From: an uncultured bacterium
GTDB taxonomy: Bacteria > Fermentibacterota > Fermentibacteria > Fermentibacterales > JCC-6
Direction: 5' to 3'
Assembly (NCBI GenBank): GCA_964386635.1
Contig: CAYLRO010000006.1
Coordinates: 11,170 to 75,169 of the forward strand
Length of the DNA: 64,000 bases
The notes beneath the pieces are model-generated. The model ran no database searches. It had not been told where the DNA came from and saw only the letters and a list, made by a program, of their open reading frames with translations. The translations under genes were made by a program, and so were the position numbers. The stretch's first letter is position 1. The number at the start of each line of letters is the position of its first letter. Shown here piece by piece: positions 26,719 to 36,172 of the stretch.

Positions 26719-27630
26719 TCAACCGATCTCTGTCATTCTTCTAACAGAAGCTGCGGCTTTTTCGGCAATGGCCCCTGGGATTAATACTTCATTCCCTGGA
26801 GATTCAAGGGCAAGAAGAATTCCTTCAGGCGTGGTGAAACCCATATCCTGGCAGACAATGTTACCGGCTGCAAGGAATTGTCTGTCAGGGAAAAGTGTTT
26901 CCAGCCTGTATATCATGCCCTCTTCAGTGCCGATAATGAATCTTCCGGCAGAAGAATTTTCCACGTACCTTATCATTCCGCCTGTTCCCAGAACATGATC
27001 CGCTTCCTTCCAGAATACAGGGGGTGTTTCAGGATGAACCAGAGTTACTGCATCGGACCACTGAGCTTTTTTGCTGAACAGGTCCCGGATATCAGCACCG
27101 CTGTGGCAATGACACCCTCCCTGCCAGATATGCACTTTCTTATGGGAATTTTCCCTTACCCATGTTCCAAGATTTCTGTCAGGGCCGAAGATCAGTTCTT
27201 TCCCCGGGGCAGCCATTGCAACTTCCACCGAATTTGCACTGGTGCAGCAGGACCATGCTTCCGCTTTCACTTCCAGAGTGGAGTTAACGTACACCACAGC
27301 AGGAACACCAGGGTACTGCTTCTTCATGGATCTCAGATCTTCGGCATTCATGCACGCAGCAAGGGAGCAGCTGGCATCAGGTGCCGCCAGAACCACTCTG
27401 CTGTCTGGAGAAAGAAGCTTTGCAGTTTCCGCCATGAATCTGACACCACAGAATATCACAAGCTCTGCACTTTTCCTGGCGGCAATTCTGGAAAGCTCCA
27501 GAGAATCTCCCACATGGTCAGCAATATCCTGCACTGCACCGGGTTGATAGCTGTGCGCCAGTATCAGTGCATCCTTTTCGCTCCTGAGTCTCTCTATTTC
27601 ATCTGATATTCTGCTGGTCATCTCAGTCAC
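26719..27630 (-). CDS. nadA: Quinolinate synthase
   Basis: 303 aa. NadA-like blocks (…ILAHSYQPGAVQDIADHVGDSLELS…) and conserved Cys residues. Typical length. Confidence 0.85.
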   Translation of the reverse strand: MTEMTSRISDEIERLRSEKDALILAHSYQPGAVQDIADHVGDSLELSRIAARKSAELVIFCGVRFMAETAKLLSPDSRVVLAAPDASCSLAACMNAEDLRSMKKQYPGVPAVVYVNSTLEVKAEAWSCCTSANSVEVAMAAPGKELIFGPDRNLGTWVRENSHKKVHIWQGGCHCHSGADIRDLFSKKAQWSDAVTLVHPETPPVFWKEADHVLGTGGMIRYVENSSAGRFIIGTEEGMIYRLETLFPDRQFLAAGNIVCQDMGFTTPEGILLALESPGNEVLIPGAIAEKAAASVRRMTEIG

Positions 27631-28603
27631 CTGCCTTAATGGAGATGATTCCCCCGCCGATTACTCCGTTGCCTGAAAACATTGCACCAACCTGCCCTGG
27701 TGCAACTGATCTCTGAGGTTCATGGAATTTTACCACCGCAGAGTCATTTTCAATATCCGGTATAACTGTTACCTGAAATGCCGGCTTTCTGTATCTGGTC
27801 TGCAGGAGACACTGGAACGGCTCGCCGTGAGGCTTCTGCAGCCAGTTGATACTATTCAGAAAGCAGATTTTGCTGTAAAGGTCTGATTTGTCCCCTATGA
27901 TTACCCTGTTACGCTTTCTGTCAAGCCTGACAACATACTTTTTCTCCTTGTGGGCTCCAATGCCTTTTCTCTGTCCAGGTGTAAAACCTGCAAGGCCATT
28001 GTGAGTACCGGCTTTTTCCCCTGCCACGGTAACTATCTCACCAGGCAGGCCATCTCCTCCGGGAACAAAGCACAAATCCTGACTCTCTTTCCTGATGAAG
28101 GGAAGTCCGGAAGATATCACCTGAGTACGAACATGGGACTTCATTGAGTGTGCCAGGGGGAAAAAGCACCTGTGAAGAATTTCCGCTGATACCAGTGAGA
28201 GAAAGTATGCCTGATCCTTTGTGTGATCAGACCCTCTTGTGAGGATACCGTCGGTGAACCCTGCATAGTGCCCTGTAACCAGTACTTCATCATCCCTGAG
28301 AGCGGAAAAGGGAAGAGCAAGTTTGACCCTTGCGTTGCACAGTGCACAGGGGTTCGGAGTAAGACCCATGTGCATCATGTTCTCAGAAGGATTCTTTACA
28401 CATGTGTTGAAAGAGGTTCCTGCATCAATAACAACAAGGGGAATTCCCAGAGCAGAGCAACTCCTGGAAACCTCAGAGGGAACACCCTCCTGCCGGACAT
28501 CAACAAAAACTGCTCTGACAGTGGGATATAGCCGGCTGCACATAAGCAGAGCAGCTGTGGAATCCACACCGCCGGATACGCATACCAGTGCCGAGTCAAT
28601 CAA
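27623..28603 (-). CDS. mnmA: tRNA-specific 2-thiouridylase
   Basis: 326 aa. PP-loop motif VCVSGGVDST at the N-terminus. Confidence 0.85.
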   Translation of the reverse strand: MIDSALVCVSGGVDSTAALLMCSRLYPTVRAVFVDVRQEGVPSEVSRSCSALGIPLVVIDAGTSFNTCVKNPSENMMHMGLTPNPCALCNARVKLALPFSALRDDEVLVTGHYAGFTDGILTRGSDHTKDQAYFLSLVSAEILHRCFFPLAHSMKSHVRTQVISSGLPFIRKESQDLCFVPGGDGLPGEIVTVAGEKAGTHNGLAGFTPGQRKGIGAHKEKKYVVRLDRKRNRVIIGDKSDLYSKICFLNSINWLQKPHGEPFQCLLQTRYRKPAFQVTVIPDIENDSAVVKFHEPQRSVAPGQVGAMFSGNGVIGGGIISIKAGD

Positions 28604-28605
28604 AA

Positions 28606-29817
28606 TCAGGCGCCGAACTTGCCCAGCCTGCCAGACGCGGCAAGAAGCAGCGACATCAATTCACTTCCCTGAAAGGTCCCCAGCGAACCGGTGGAGGCTT
28701 CCCGTTCGGTAAATCTGCAGTTCCATCCGGTTCTCTGTGGACCGCCGTGTATCATCACAGGCACCGGGTGCCAGCTGTGAAGCTTCATAGGGCACGGAGT
28801 TGAATGGTCACCGGTTATGCACACCACATCAAACCCGCAGTCAAGGATCGCAGGAATGGCACGGTCAAATTTTTCTATCTCAGAAACTTTCCGGAGATGG
28901 TCACCGTCTTCACCTGAGCTGTCTGTGTACTTGTGGTGAAGAAACACGAAATCGCTTCCGTTTTTAAGAGCCGCTGATGCGGCTGCCACTTCTCCAGTCA
29001 GGTCTGCAGGCTCCACAGGCAGAACTTTCATGCCAGCCATTGAAGCAACTCCCCTGTACATGGGATAGAGAGCAACTGCAGATGCGTTAAGTTTGAATCT
29101 TTCCTTTAATCCGGGAAGTTCCTCGTGAAGTGCAAAGCCCCTGAGAAGAATTCCGTTTGCAGGTTTCTTCCCCTGAAGGATGTGAAAAGCCGAGGATATG
29201 AATTCTCTGATTATCTCAGCGGAGTACTCTGCCTCAGGTGAGGTGATCCTGACGTCAAGAGGTTTCGCTCCTGTAAGCCCCGGATCAGTATCCCTGATGT
29301 CCTGAGACAGACCTGAACCTCTGAATACCACACAGGCTCTGTGCTCTTTCACAGGCTCAACAAAAACCTCTATCCCCTGAATTCTGATACTTTTAAGTTC
29401 ATTAACCAGTTCTTCGCATTTCTCAGTGGAAATCCTCCCGGCTCTTCTGTCGGTTATCACTCCGGTACTGTCCAGAGAACAGAAATTGATCCTGGCAGCA
29501 AGATCACCGTGCTGCAGATTAAACCCGATCCCCAGAGCTGCAAGGGCACCTCTGCCAACCAGATACTTCACAGGATCATATCCGAAAAGGGCAAGGTGAC
29601 CAGGGCCGCTCCCAGGTGTTATTCCCCTGCCCACAGGAATCTGCTGCCCCAGAGCAGAAGCAGATGCCAGCCTGTCCATGTTAGGTGTTTCTGCAGCTTC
29701 CAGAGGTGTCAGTCCCTGCAGTTCCGGAATGGCAATGTCTCCTACTCCATCCATCACTGCGAGAAGTATGGACCCGCCTTGATCCAGAGCAAGATCGGAA
29801 ATAATATCCGGATTCAT
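28606..29817 (-). CDS. apgM: 2,3-bisphosphoglycerate-independent phosphoglycerate mutase, archaeal-type (ApgM family)
   Basis: 403 aa. ILLAVMDGVGD metal-binding N-terminal motif. …GDHSTP… motif. Alkaline-phosphatase superfamily architecture of aPGM. Confidence 0.8.
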   Translation of the reverse strand: MNPDIISDLALDQGGSILLAVMDGVGDIAIPELQGLTPLEAAETPNMDRLASASALGQQIPVGRGITPGSGPGHLALFGYDPVKYLVGRGALAALGIGFNLQHGDLAARINFCSLDSTGVITDRRAGRISTEKCEELVNELKSIRIQGIEVFVEPVKEHRACVVFRGSGLSQDIRDTDPGLTGAKPLDVRITSPEAEYSAEIIREFISSAFHILQGKKPANGILLRGFALHEELPGLKERFKLNASAVALYPMYRGVASMAGMKVLPVEPADLTGEVAAASAALKNGSDFVFLHHKYTDSSGEDGDHLRKVSEIEKFDRAIPAILDCGFDVVCITGDHSTPCPMKLHSWHPVPVMIHGGPQRTGWNCRFTEREASTGSLGTFQGSELMSLLLAASGRLGKFGA

Positions 29818-29832
29818 TCAGGTCCCCTTTCT

Positions 29833-30855
29833 TCAGGAATAGTCGATTGTACCGGTATCGGTTATTACACCGGCGGTAAAGGGCTTTGCCCCTGCTGCTT
29901 CCAGCGCCTTCAGCGTTCTGCCCGGCTGTTCTGTCGCTATCAGGAAGCCTGCTCCCATGTTGAAAGCTCTTCTCATCTCAGTTTCAGCAATACCGCCCAG
30001 TTTACCTATCAAACTGAATATTGGCGGGATATTCCAGGAAGGGGTGATAAGAGCACCGCATCCTACAGGAAGGATCCTGACTAGATTCCCCGGTATTCCT
30101 CCTCCTGTTATGTGAGCCATTCCGGTCACCAGTTTCTCCTCAAGAAGAGGCTTCATCTCTTTCAGATAGCTTTTGTGCACCTGAAGAAGCGCTTCTCCAA
30201 CCGATACACCTTCAAGCTCATCAGGCCTGCTGTCTACTGAAAGACCTTCCTTCTCGAAAAGAACTGCTCTGGCCAGAGAATACCCGTTTGTGTGAAGCCC
30301 TGAAGAAGGCAAACCGATGAGCGTCTGACCTGGAGCAACAGCAGATCCGTCAATTATCATTGAGCGCTCCACCACTCCCACTATGGTCCCTGCAACATCA
30401 TAGTCACCCCTGTTGTAAAAACCGGGCATTTCAGCTGTCTCACCACCGAGAAGGGCAAATCCGTTATCTGAACATGCTTTTGCCAGACCTGTAACTATTG
30501 CAGCTGCAACTGAGGCATCAAGGCTTCCGCAGGCAATGTAATCCATGAAGAAAAGTGGAATTGCTCCCTGCACAAGAATATCATTCACACAGTGATTCAC
30601 AAGATCACTTCCAACTGTTGAATAGCTTCCCTGCATGGAAGCTACCTTCAGTTTCGTTCCAACCCCGTCTGTACTGGCCACAAGAACAGGTTCGTTCATC
30701 CCGCCGAAATCAGCTTTGTAGAGCCCTCCGAAGTGGCCAAGTTCCGAGAGAACATTACTGTTGAAGGTCTTTTTGACTTCCTTCTTCATCAGCTCGATAG
30801 CTCTTGTTCCCTCATCAATATCAACACCGCTGGACCTGTAATCGATTCCGCTCAT
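29833..30855 (-). CDS. purM: Phosphoribosylformylglycinamidine cyclo-ligase (AIR synthetase)
   Basis: 340 aa. N-terminus MSGIDYRSSGVDIDEG and PurM-family blocks. Confidence 0.88.
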   Translation of the reverse strand: MSGIDYRSSGVDIDEGTRAIELMKKEVKKTFNSNVLSELGHFGGLYKADFGGMNEPVLVASTDGVGTKLKVASMQGSYSTVGSDLVNHCVNDILVQGAIPLFFMDYIACGSLDASVAAAIVTGLAKACSDNGFALLGGETAEMPGFYNRGDYDVAGTIVGVVERSMIIDGSAVAPGQTLIGLPSSGLHTNGYSLARAVLFEKEGLSVDSRPDELEGVSVGEALLQVHKSYLKEMKPLLEEKLVTGMAHITGGGIPGNLVRILPVGCGALITPSWNIPPIFSLIGKLGGIAETEMRRAFNMGAGFLIATEQPGRTLKALEAAGAKPFTAGVITDTGTIDYS

Positions 30856-31769
30856 TCTTTAACCCTGTCCAGCTGGTTGGTTGAAAGGTAGAAGTTCAAT
30901 CTCTCGTCTATCTGAGCCCTGTCCAGCTCTCTCAGGGCCTCAACACCAAATCCGCCAATGGCAAAACTGGCGGTGACTGAACCATAGCAGAGTCCCCGTG
31001 TAATGTTCCTGAAAGTCAGAGGTCCACCGACACCTGAAAGGAAGCCCAGCATTCCAGCTGCAAAACTGTCCCCTGCTCCGGTAGGATCTATTACTTTGTC
31101 CACAGGACATGCAGGAAGAAGGAATGGCCTGGGACCGCCCAGTACCATCACGCCACTTGCACCAAGTTTTATTACAACAAACCTGGGACCTCTCTTGAGA
31201 ATGTATCTTCCTGCTCTGAACAGATCGGAACAACCGGAAATCTGTCTGGCCTCAGAAGCGTTCACAAAGAGAAGGTCAACTCTCTTCATTGCTTTTAAAA
31301 CAGCTTCTTTTTTGTGTTCAATCCAGAGGTTCATGGTGTCCATGGCGATCCAGACCGGATCTTCCACCTGTTCAAGCACCTGAAGCTGAAGCTCGGGATC
31401 AATGTTTGCAAGAAATACGCAGGGGGTTTTCCTGTAGCTTTCCGGCAGTTCAGGTTCAAAACTGGCAAAAACACCCAGTTCAGTTCTGATGGTTCTGGCA
31501 TCTCCGAAATCCGGGCCGTAAACACCTTCCCACCTGAAAGTAGGGCCTCTTCCTATCTTAAGACCTTCAACATCAACGTTCCTTGTCTTCAGATATTCCT
31601 TTTCCCTGCTTGGGAAATCAGGTCCCACAACTCCGACAATTCGAACTCTGTCCAGCTGACCCGCGGCAAGACCGAAGTAAACTGCTGAACCACCCAGAGT
31701 GTCCTCCGCTTTACCGGCGGGAGTAGTAAGGGTATCAAGAGCAACCGAGCCTACAACAAGAACAGACAT
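30852..31769 (-). CDS. PfkB-family carbohydrate/nucleoside kinase (ribokinase-like)
   Basis: 305 aa. C-terminal PfkB signature DPTGAGDSFAAG. N-terminal GG motif region. Confidence 0.8.
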   Translation of the reverse strand: MSVLVVGSVALDTLTTPAGKAEDTLGGSAVYFGLAAGQLDRVRIVGVVGPDFPSREKEYLKTRNVDVEGLKIGRGPTFRWEGVYGPDFGDARTIRTELGVFASFEPELPESYRKTPCVFLANIDPELQLQVLEQVEDPVWIAMDTMNLWIEHKKEAVLKAMKRVDLLFVNASEARQISGCSDLFRAGRYILKRGPRFVVIKLGASGVMVLGGPRPFLLPACPVDKVIDPTGAGDSFAAGMLGFLSGVGGPLTFRNITRGLCYGSVTASFAIGGFGVEALRELDRAQIDERLNFYLSTNQLDRVKE

Positions 31770-31781
31770 GACTGTTCCTCT

Positions 31782-33467
31782 CTACATCTTATCGGGAGCT
31801 TTAACCCCGATGATTCTCAAAAGATCACTTAGTGTGTTTCTCACCGCCATGCAGAGTGTAAGTCTTGCTGCGGTAAGTGATGGATTTTCCGGATCATAAA
31901 CTCTGTGATGCTGATAGAAACCGTGGAAACAGGTTGCTATCTCTCCCAGAATGTCAGTTATCCGGTGAGGTTCCAGAGCTTCTGCAGCAGAATGAACTCT
32001 CAGGGGAATTGTCTCAAGGAGCCTCATCAGATCTCTCTCCCTGTCACCGGTGAGAAGTTCAGAAAACCTGCTGGCTGAGTCTCGGACCGGGTCTGCTTCC
32101 GGGATGTTTCTCAAAATACCGGCAATCCTGGCAAAAGCATACTGAACGTAGAAAACGGGATTGTCATCACTGTCTGATGCAGCTACTGAAAGGTCGAAGT
32201 CCATGTGAGCTTCAGCCCTTCTTGTAAGAAAGATGTACCGTACCACATCTGCCGATCCCACCTCTGCCACAAGATCGCGGAGGGTAACAAAATCTCCGGC
32301 TCTGGTGGACATTTTGACCTTTTCTCCATTCCGCAGCAGCGTGACGAACTGGTGAAGTATGGTTCTCAGAGTACTCTTGACGGTGTCTGAACCCAGAAGA
32401 CTGCACAGGGCTGCCTCTACATCCTTACAGGTATCAATGTGATCTGAACCGAAGATATCCACAATGAGATCATAACCCCTTGAGAACTTGTTCAGGTGGT
32501 AGGCTATGTCAGGCATTCTGTATGTACAGGTTCCGTCATCTCTTACTATTACCCTGTCCTCAGGTCTCCCTATCTCAGAGAGTTTCAGCCAGAGTTTCAC
32601 ATGATTTTCACTGTCATTGTAGACAAGATCCTTCTCCTGAAGCATCTTTACCGCACTGTTAACCGCCTCTGGAATCAGTTCGCTTTCTGCAAAATACCTG
32701 TCAAACTTTATTCCAAGAAGTTCCAGGTCCCGGCGGATAAGCTCGAAGGCTCTTGAGCCTGCGTACTCACGGAAAAGAACGCTCTCTTCAGGCCAGCTCA
32801 GGTCATCACCCTTCAGCTTCCTGAGATCTCCAGCCCAGCCTGTAATGTAATCACCCTGATAACCGCCCTCCGGGATCTCCATCTCCCTGCCCAGGATCTG
32901 CATGTATCTGGCAGCCAGGGATTCGGCAAGCCTTTCCATCTGCTTGCCTGCATCATTGAAATAGTACTCTTTTTCAACTGCCCAGCCGGTTGCTTCCAGA
33001 AGGCCGGATACTGCGTCGCCTAATACTGCCTGCCTGCAATGACCCACAGTAAGGGGACCGGTAGGATTTGAACTGACATACTCAACGAGAACTTTTTTCC
33101 CTGATCCTGATTCAGGCATCAACCGGGATATCCCGTTCTCTGCAAGGTACTCTGTTATGCAGTGAAGGTACTCGTCTGAAAGTGTGAAGTTCAGGAAGCC
33201 GGGACCGTCAACTGAAACCTTCTCCAACTGGGAAATGCCCTGAACGGAATCAGCCATCACAGCTGCTATTTCCCTGGGAGATTTCTTAAGAACTCCAGCC
33301 AGGGGCATTGCTGAACTGCAAGCAAGATCGCCCAGCTTCAGATTTCTTGACGGAACCACTTCAACCACAGGTTTCTCAATGGAGAAAACTCCTGTAAGAG
33401 CTTTCTCCATGGCGCTGGAAAGCTTATTCCGAATCTGCAGGGGTGATATCAAAGGTGAAGTCATCAC
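31782..33467 (-). CDS. argS: Arginine--tRNA ligase
   Basis: 561 aa class I aaRS. HIGH-region equivalent SNPTGPLTVGHCR. ArgS-like anticodon-binding C-terminus. Confidence 0.88.
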   Translation of the reverse strand: MMTSPLISPLQIRNKLSSAMEKALTGVFSIEKPVVEVVPSRNLKLGDLACSSAMPLAGVLKKSPREIAAVMADSVQGISQLEKVSVDGPGFLNFTLSDEYLHCITEYLAENGISRLMPESGSGKKVLVEYVSSNPTGPLTVGHCRQAVLGDAVSGLLEATGWAVEKEYYFNDAGKQMERLAESLAARYMQILGREMEIPEGGYQGDYITGWAGDLRKLKGDDLSWPEESVLFREYAGSRAFELIRRDLELLGIKFDRYFAESELIPEAVNSAVKMLQEKDLVYNDSENHVKLWLKLSEIGRPEDRVIVRDDGTCTYRMPDIAYHLNKFSRGYDLIVDIFGSDHIDTCKDVEAALCSLLGSDTVKSTLRTILHQFVTLLRNGEKVKMSTRAGDFVTLRDLVAEVGSADVVRYIFLTRRAEAHMDFDLSVAASDSDDNPVFYVQYAFARIAGILRNIPEADPVRDSASRFSELLTGDRERDLMRLLETIPLRVHSAAEALEPHRITDILGEIATCFHGFYQHHRVYDPENPSLTAARLTLCMAVRNTLSDLLRIIGVKAPDKM

Positions 33468-33840
33468 TGTGATCCGTTCCGCGTCTGTCCTGGAACTTCT
33501 TCACTGGAGCATCGCTCCAGAGAGATTCCAGGTTGTAGTATTTCCTCACATCAGGAAGAAAAACATGTACCACAAAGTCAACGAAATCCAGCAGGATCCA
33601 GCTTCCCTCGTCGTACCCTTCCTTGTGGTGAAGCCTCCAGCCAAGATCCCTTGCTGATCTTTCAAGATGATCGGCAATAGCTCTGCTCTGTATCCTGTTG
33701 TCGGCAGTGGCAACCACAAAGATATCCATGGTAAGAGGGAACTCCATCATGTCCATTGCCACAACATCGTACCCGTGCCGCTGATGAATCGCTTCGACTA
33801 TATCTTCGAGGATATCAGGACCGTCGTTCTCTGTGCTCAA
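33424..33840 (-). CDS. rsfS: Ribosomal silencing factor RsfS (Iojap family)
   Basis: 138 aa. Iojap-like blocks (…DIVEAI…GYDVVAMDM…DIFVVATADNRIQSRAIADHL…). Confidence 0.8.
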   Translation of the reverse strand: MSTENDGPDILEDIVEAIHQRHGYDVVAMDMMEFPLTMDIFVVATADNRIQSRAIADHLERSARDLGWRLHHKEGYDEGSWILLDFVDFVVHVFLPDVRKYYNLESLWSDAPVKKFQDRRGTDHSDDFTFDITPADSE

Positions 33841-33852
33841 AAAAACCTCCGC

Positions 33853-34362
33853 TCAGTCTCTGTATGGTATGTAGTTGGAAGGATCATCCCTGTCTCTTCC
33901 AAGTATAACTGTAACATCTACATGCGACACCTGGCCATCAGGTGGAAGAAGCATCACCACCGAAGAATCACCCACTTCAAGCACATCAGCAACCCTCATG
34001 GCGGCTGCATAGGATGTATCATGAGAGAGGATCACCGTTACCGCATAATCCATTTCCTCCGCATTAAGAGGTGGTCCAGGGGCATAGAAAACCACATCTC
34101 CCGACCTGGTCTCCAGGTAGTTCTGTGCCCTCATTGCCAGATCAGAAACCCCTGCTCCATTCCTGATCTCAATAAGAACTGTATCAGGGGGAGGGGTTGA
34201 ATCGGAGAGATGAAAAACCCTGGTTATCTCTACAGCTTCTTCCTTTATCCATTCCGGAGAATAGAGCACAGCCAGTGTGGCAAGGCTGCCGGCGGCCAGT
34301 GATACAAGTATCGCAGGCAGCATATTTCTCTTCTTCTTCCGTTTTGCAGTTCTTCCAGCCAC
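33853..34362 (-). CDS. LytR_C-domain (LytR/CpsA/Psr C-terminal-like) membrane-anchored protein
   Basis: 169 aa. Basic N-terminus then TM helix. The …EIRNGAGVSDLAMRAQNYLETRSGDVV… block is typical of LytR_C domains. Confidence 0.55.
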   Translation of the reverse strand: MAGRTAKRKKKRNMLPAILVSLAAGSLATLAVLYSPEWIKEEAVEITRVFHLSDSTPPPDTVLIEIRNGAGVSDLAMRAQNYLETRSGDVVFYAPGPPLNAEEMDYAVTVILSHDTSYAAAMRVADVLEVGDSSVVMLLPPDGQVSHVDVTVILGRDRDDPSNYIPYRD

Positions 34363-34859
34363 TATGCTTTCCTGAAATATGGTGTCAGAATCTCAAGCGC
34401 TTTCACAAGGGACTGGGAAACGACTCTTACTCTTCCAACTGTTGTCATAAAATTGGTGTCTCCACCCCATCTCGGAAGTACATGAAGGTGCAGGTGTCCT
34501 GGAATTCCAGCGCCGCCTGCAGAACCAATGTTCCATCCTCCATTCATTCCCTGGCACTTCATCCCGGTCTTAAGGGCTTTTTCAGCAGTAACCGCCATCT
34601 GCATCATCTCACCCATCTCATCCCTGGTAAGAGATCCCAGATCAGCAACATGCCTGTAGGGAATTATCATGAGATGACCGTTGATGTACGGGTATCTGTT
34701 CAATACTGCAAAGTTGTGTGTACCTCTGCAGAGAATCAGGTTCTCAATATCGTCTGAAGCATCCGCAGTACCCAGTTCACAGAAAACACAACCATGGCTC
34801 TTCTCTTCAGGAGATGAAACATAGTCGTATCTCCATGGTGCCCAGAGTCGTTCAGTCAC
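34362..34859 (-). CDS. HIT-family (histidine triad) nucleotide hydrolase/transferase
   Basis: 165 aa. Histidine triad GHLHLHVLPR. Zn-binding CxxC (CVFCE). GTG start overlaps the stop of the upstream gene (GTGA). Confidence 0.75.
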   Translation of the reverse strand: MTERLWAPWRYDYVSSPEEKSHGCVFCELGTADASDDIENLILCRGTHNFAVLNRYPYINGHLMIIPYRHVADLGSLTRDEMGEMMQMAVTAEKALKTGMKCQGMNGGWNIGSAGGAGIPGHLHLHVLPRWGGDTNFMTTVGRVRVVSQSLVKALEILTPYFRKA

Positions 34860-35815
34860 AGGTCCACTCCAACCACAGCAAACTCTGCTATTTCAGAGTC
34901 TGCTTCTATTACACCGGCTTCAATTATGGCTCCGTCTCCAATTCTGGCACCGGGGCCGATGATGGTCTCTCCGGACAGGCGGCAGTTCCGGCCTATGTGA
35001 ACTCCCCGTCCGATGGTAACAGAATCTTCTATCCAGACAGTTGCAGGGTCTGGGATGATAACTCCCGCAAGCAGATGAGCTTCAGTTACCCTTTTTTTCA
35101 TGGCTTCTGTACACGCAGCAAGCTGCAGAGGATTATTCACCCCGGCAACTTCTTTCCACTCAGGAGTGAATACTGAAAGGATCGAACCGCCTGTTTCACC
35201 CGCAGCAGTCACCGCATCGGTGAGATAAAACTCTCCCTGCGCATTGAGATTACCTATCCGCGGAAGAACATCCAGAAGAACGGAAGCACTGAATGCCATT
35301 ATTCCTGTGTTTATAAGCTTGCAGCTTTTTTCCTCATAGGTGGCATCCTTCTCCTCAACAATCCGCAGAATCCTGCCGGACTGGTCAAGGATCACTCTGC
35401 CGTAACCTGTTACATCAGGAGGTGTGGTTGTAAGAACTGCCATTGCTGCCTCTGAATCACGTCTGGCCTGAAGGAGTTCTGCAACTGTCTCCCATCTCAG
35501 CAGGGGTACATCCCCGAGAAGCACTACTACCTCGTCTGTTCCCTCAGGGAGTGGAAGTGCACACTGAACAGCATGGGCAGTGCCAAGCTGTTCAGACTGA
35601 ACAGCCCAGCCCCAGCCATTCTGCTCGAGCATGGGAATAACGCTTTCTCTGCCGTGCCCTACAACAACTGTCACATTATCCACCCCGGCAGCCTCTGCTG
35701 TTTCACAGGCTCGCTGCACCATGGGTTTCCCCAGCACCGGGTGCAGCACTTTCGGCAGGTCTGACTTCATCCTCTTGCCCATACCGGCAGCAAGTATCAC
35801 AGCTGTTGTAACCAT
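34856..35815 (-). CDS. GlmU-like sugar-1-phosphate nucleotidyltransferase with a truncated left-handed beta-helix (likely lacks the acetyltransferase active site)
   Basis: 319 aa. N-terminus VILAAGMGKRMKSDLPKVLHPVLGKPMV matches the GlmU uridyltransferase signature almost exactly. The C-terminus has only about 80 aa of hexapeptide repeats, versus about 200 in bifunctional GlmU. Confidence 0.7.
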   Translation of the reverse strand: MVTTAVILAAGMGKRMKSDLPKVLHPVLGKPMVQRACETAEAAGVDNVTVVVGHGRESVIPMLEQNGWGWAVQSEQLGTAHAVQCALPLPEGTDEVVVLLGDVPLLRWETVAELLQARRDSEAAMAVLTTTPPDVTGYGRVILDQSGRILRIVEEKDATYEEKSCKLINTGIMAFSASVLLDVLPRIGNLNAQGEFYLTDAVTAAGETGGSILSVFTPEWKEVAGVNNPLQLAACTEAMKKRVTEAHLLAGVIIPDPATVWIEDSVTIGRGVHIGRNCRLSGETIIGPGARIGDGAIIEAGVIEADSEIAEFAVVGVDL

Positions 35816-36171
35816 TAAAGCTCCCTGGGATTAAGATTGGAATCGTCCGCTACAACAATCACAGGCGGCGGGATTCCTTCTTTTTCAATATCCATCCATG
35901 CAAACTGCAGAATTATCACCCTGTCTCCCGGGCTGCACAATCTGGCTGCTGCACCGTTTATGCATATGGTTCCGCTTCCTGGTTCTCCTTCCAGAACATA
36001 GGTTTCAAAACGATTGCCTGTATCCACATCAGCAACGAGGACTTTCTCGTTGGGAAGTATTCCTGTCATATTCAGAAGGTTGCTGTCTATGGTGATAGAG
36101 CCCATGTAGTCAAGCTCTGCCTGTGTAACAACCATTCTGTGAAGTTTTGCCTTCAGAAAACACCTGAGCAA
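35815..36171 (-). CDS. panD: Aspartate 1-decarboxylase
   Basis: 118 aa. N-terminus MLRCFLKAKLHRMVVTQAELDYMGSITID includes the self-processing G-S site. Confidence 0.88.
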   Translation of the reverse strand: MLRCFLKAKLHRMVVTQAELDYMGSITIDSNLLNMTGILPNEKVLVADVDTGNRFETYVLEGEPGSGTICINGAAARLCSPGDRVIILQFAWMDIEKEGIPPPVIVVADDSNLNPREL

Positions 36172-36172
36172 A

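Noticed and set aside
26878-27606. 242-aa plus-strand ORF antisense to nadA
   Set aside because: nadA on the minus strand has clear family motifs. The antisense translation is Cys/His/Arg-rich with no domain.
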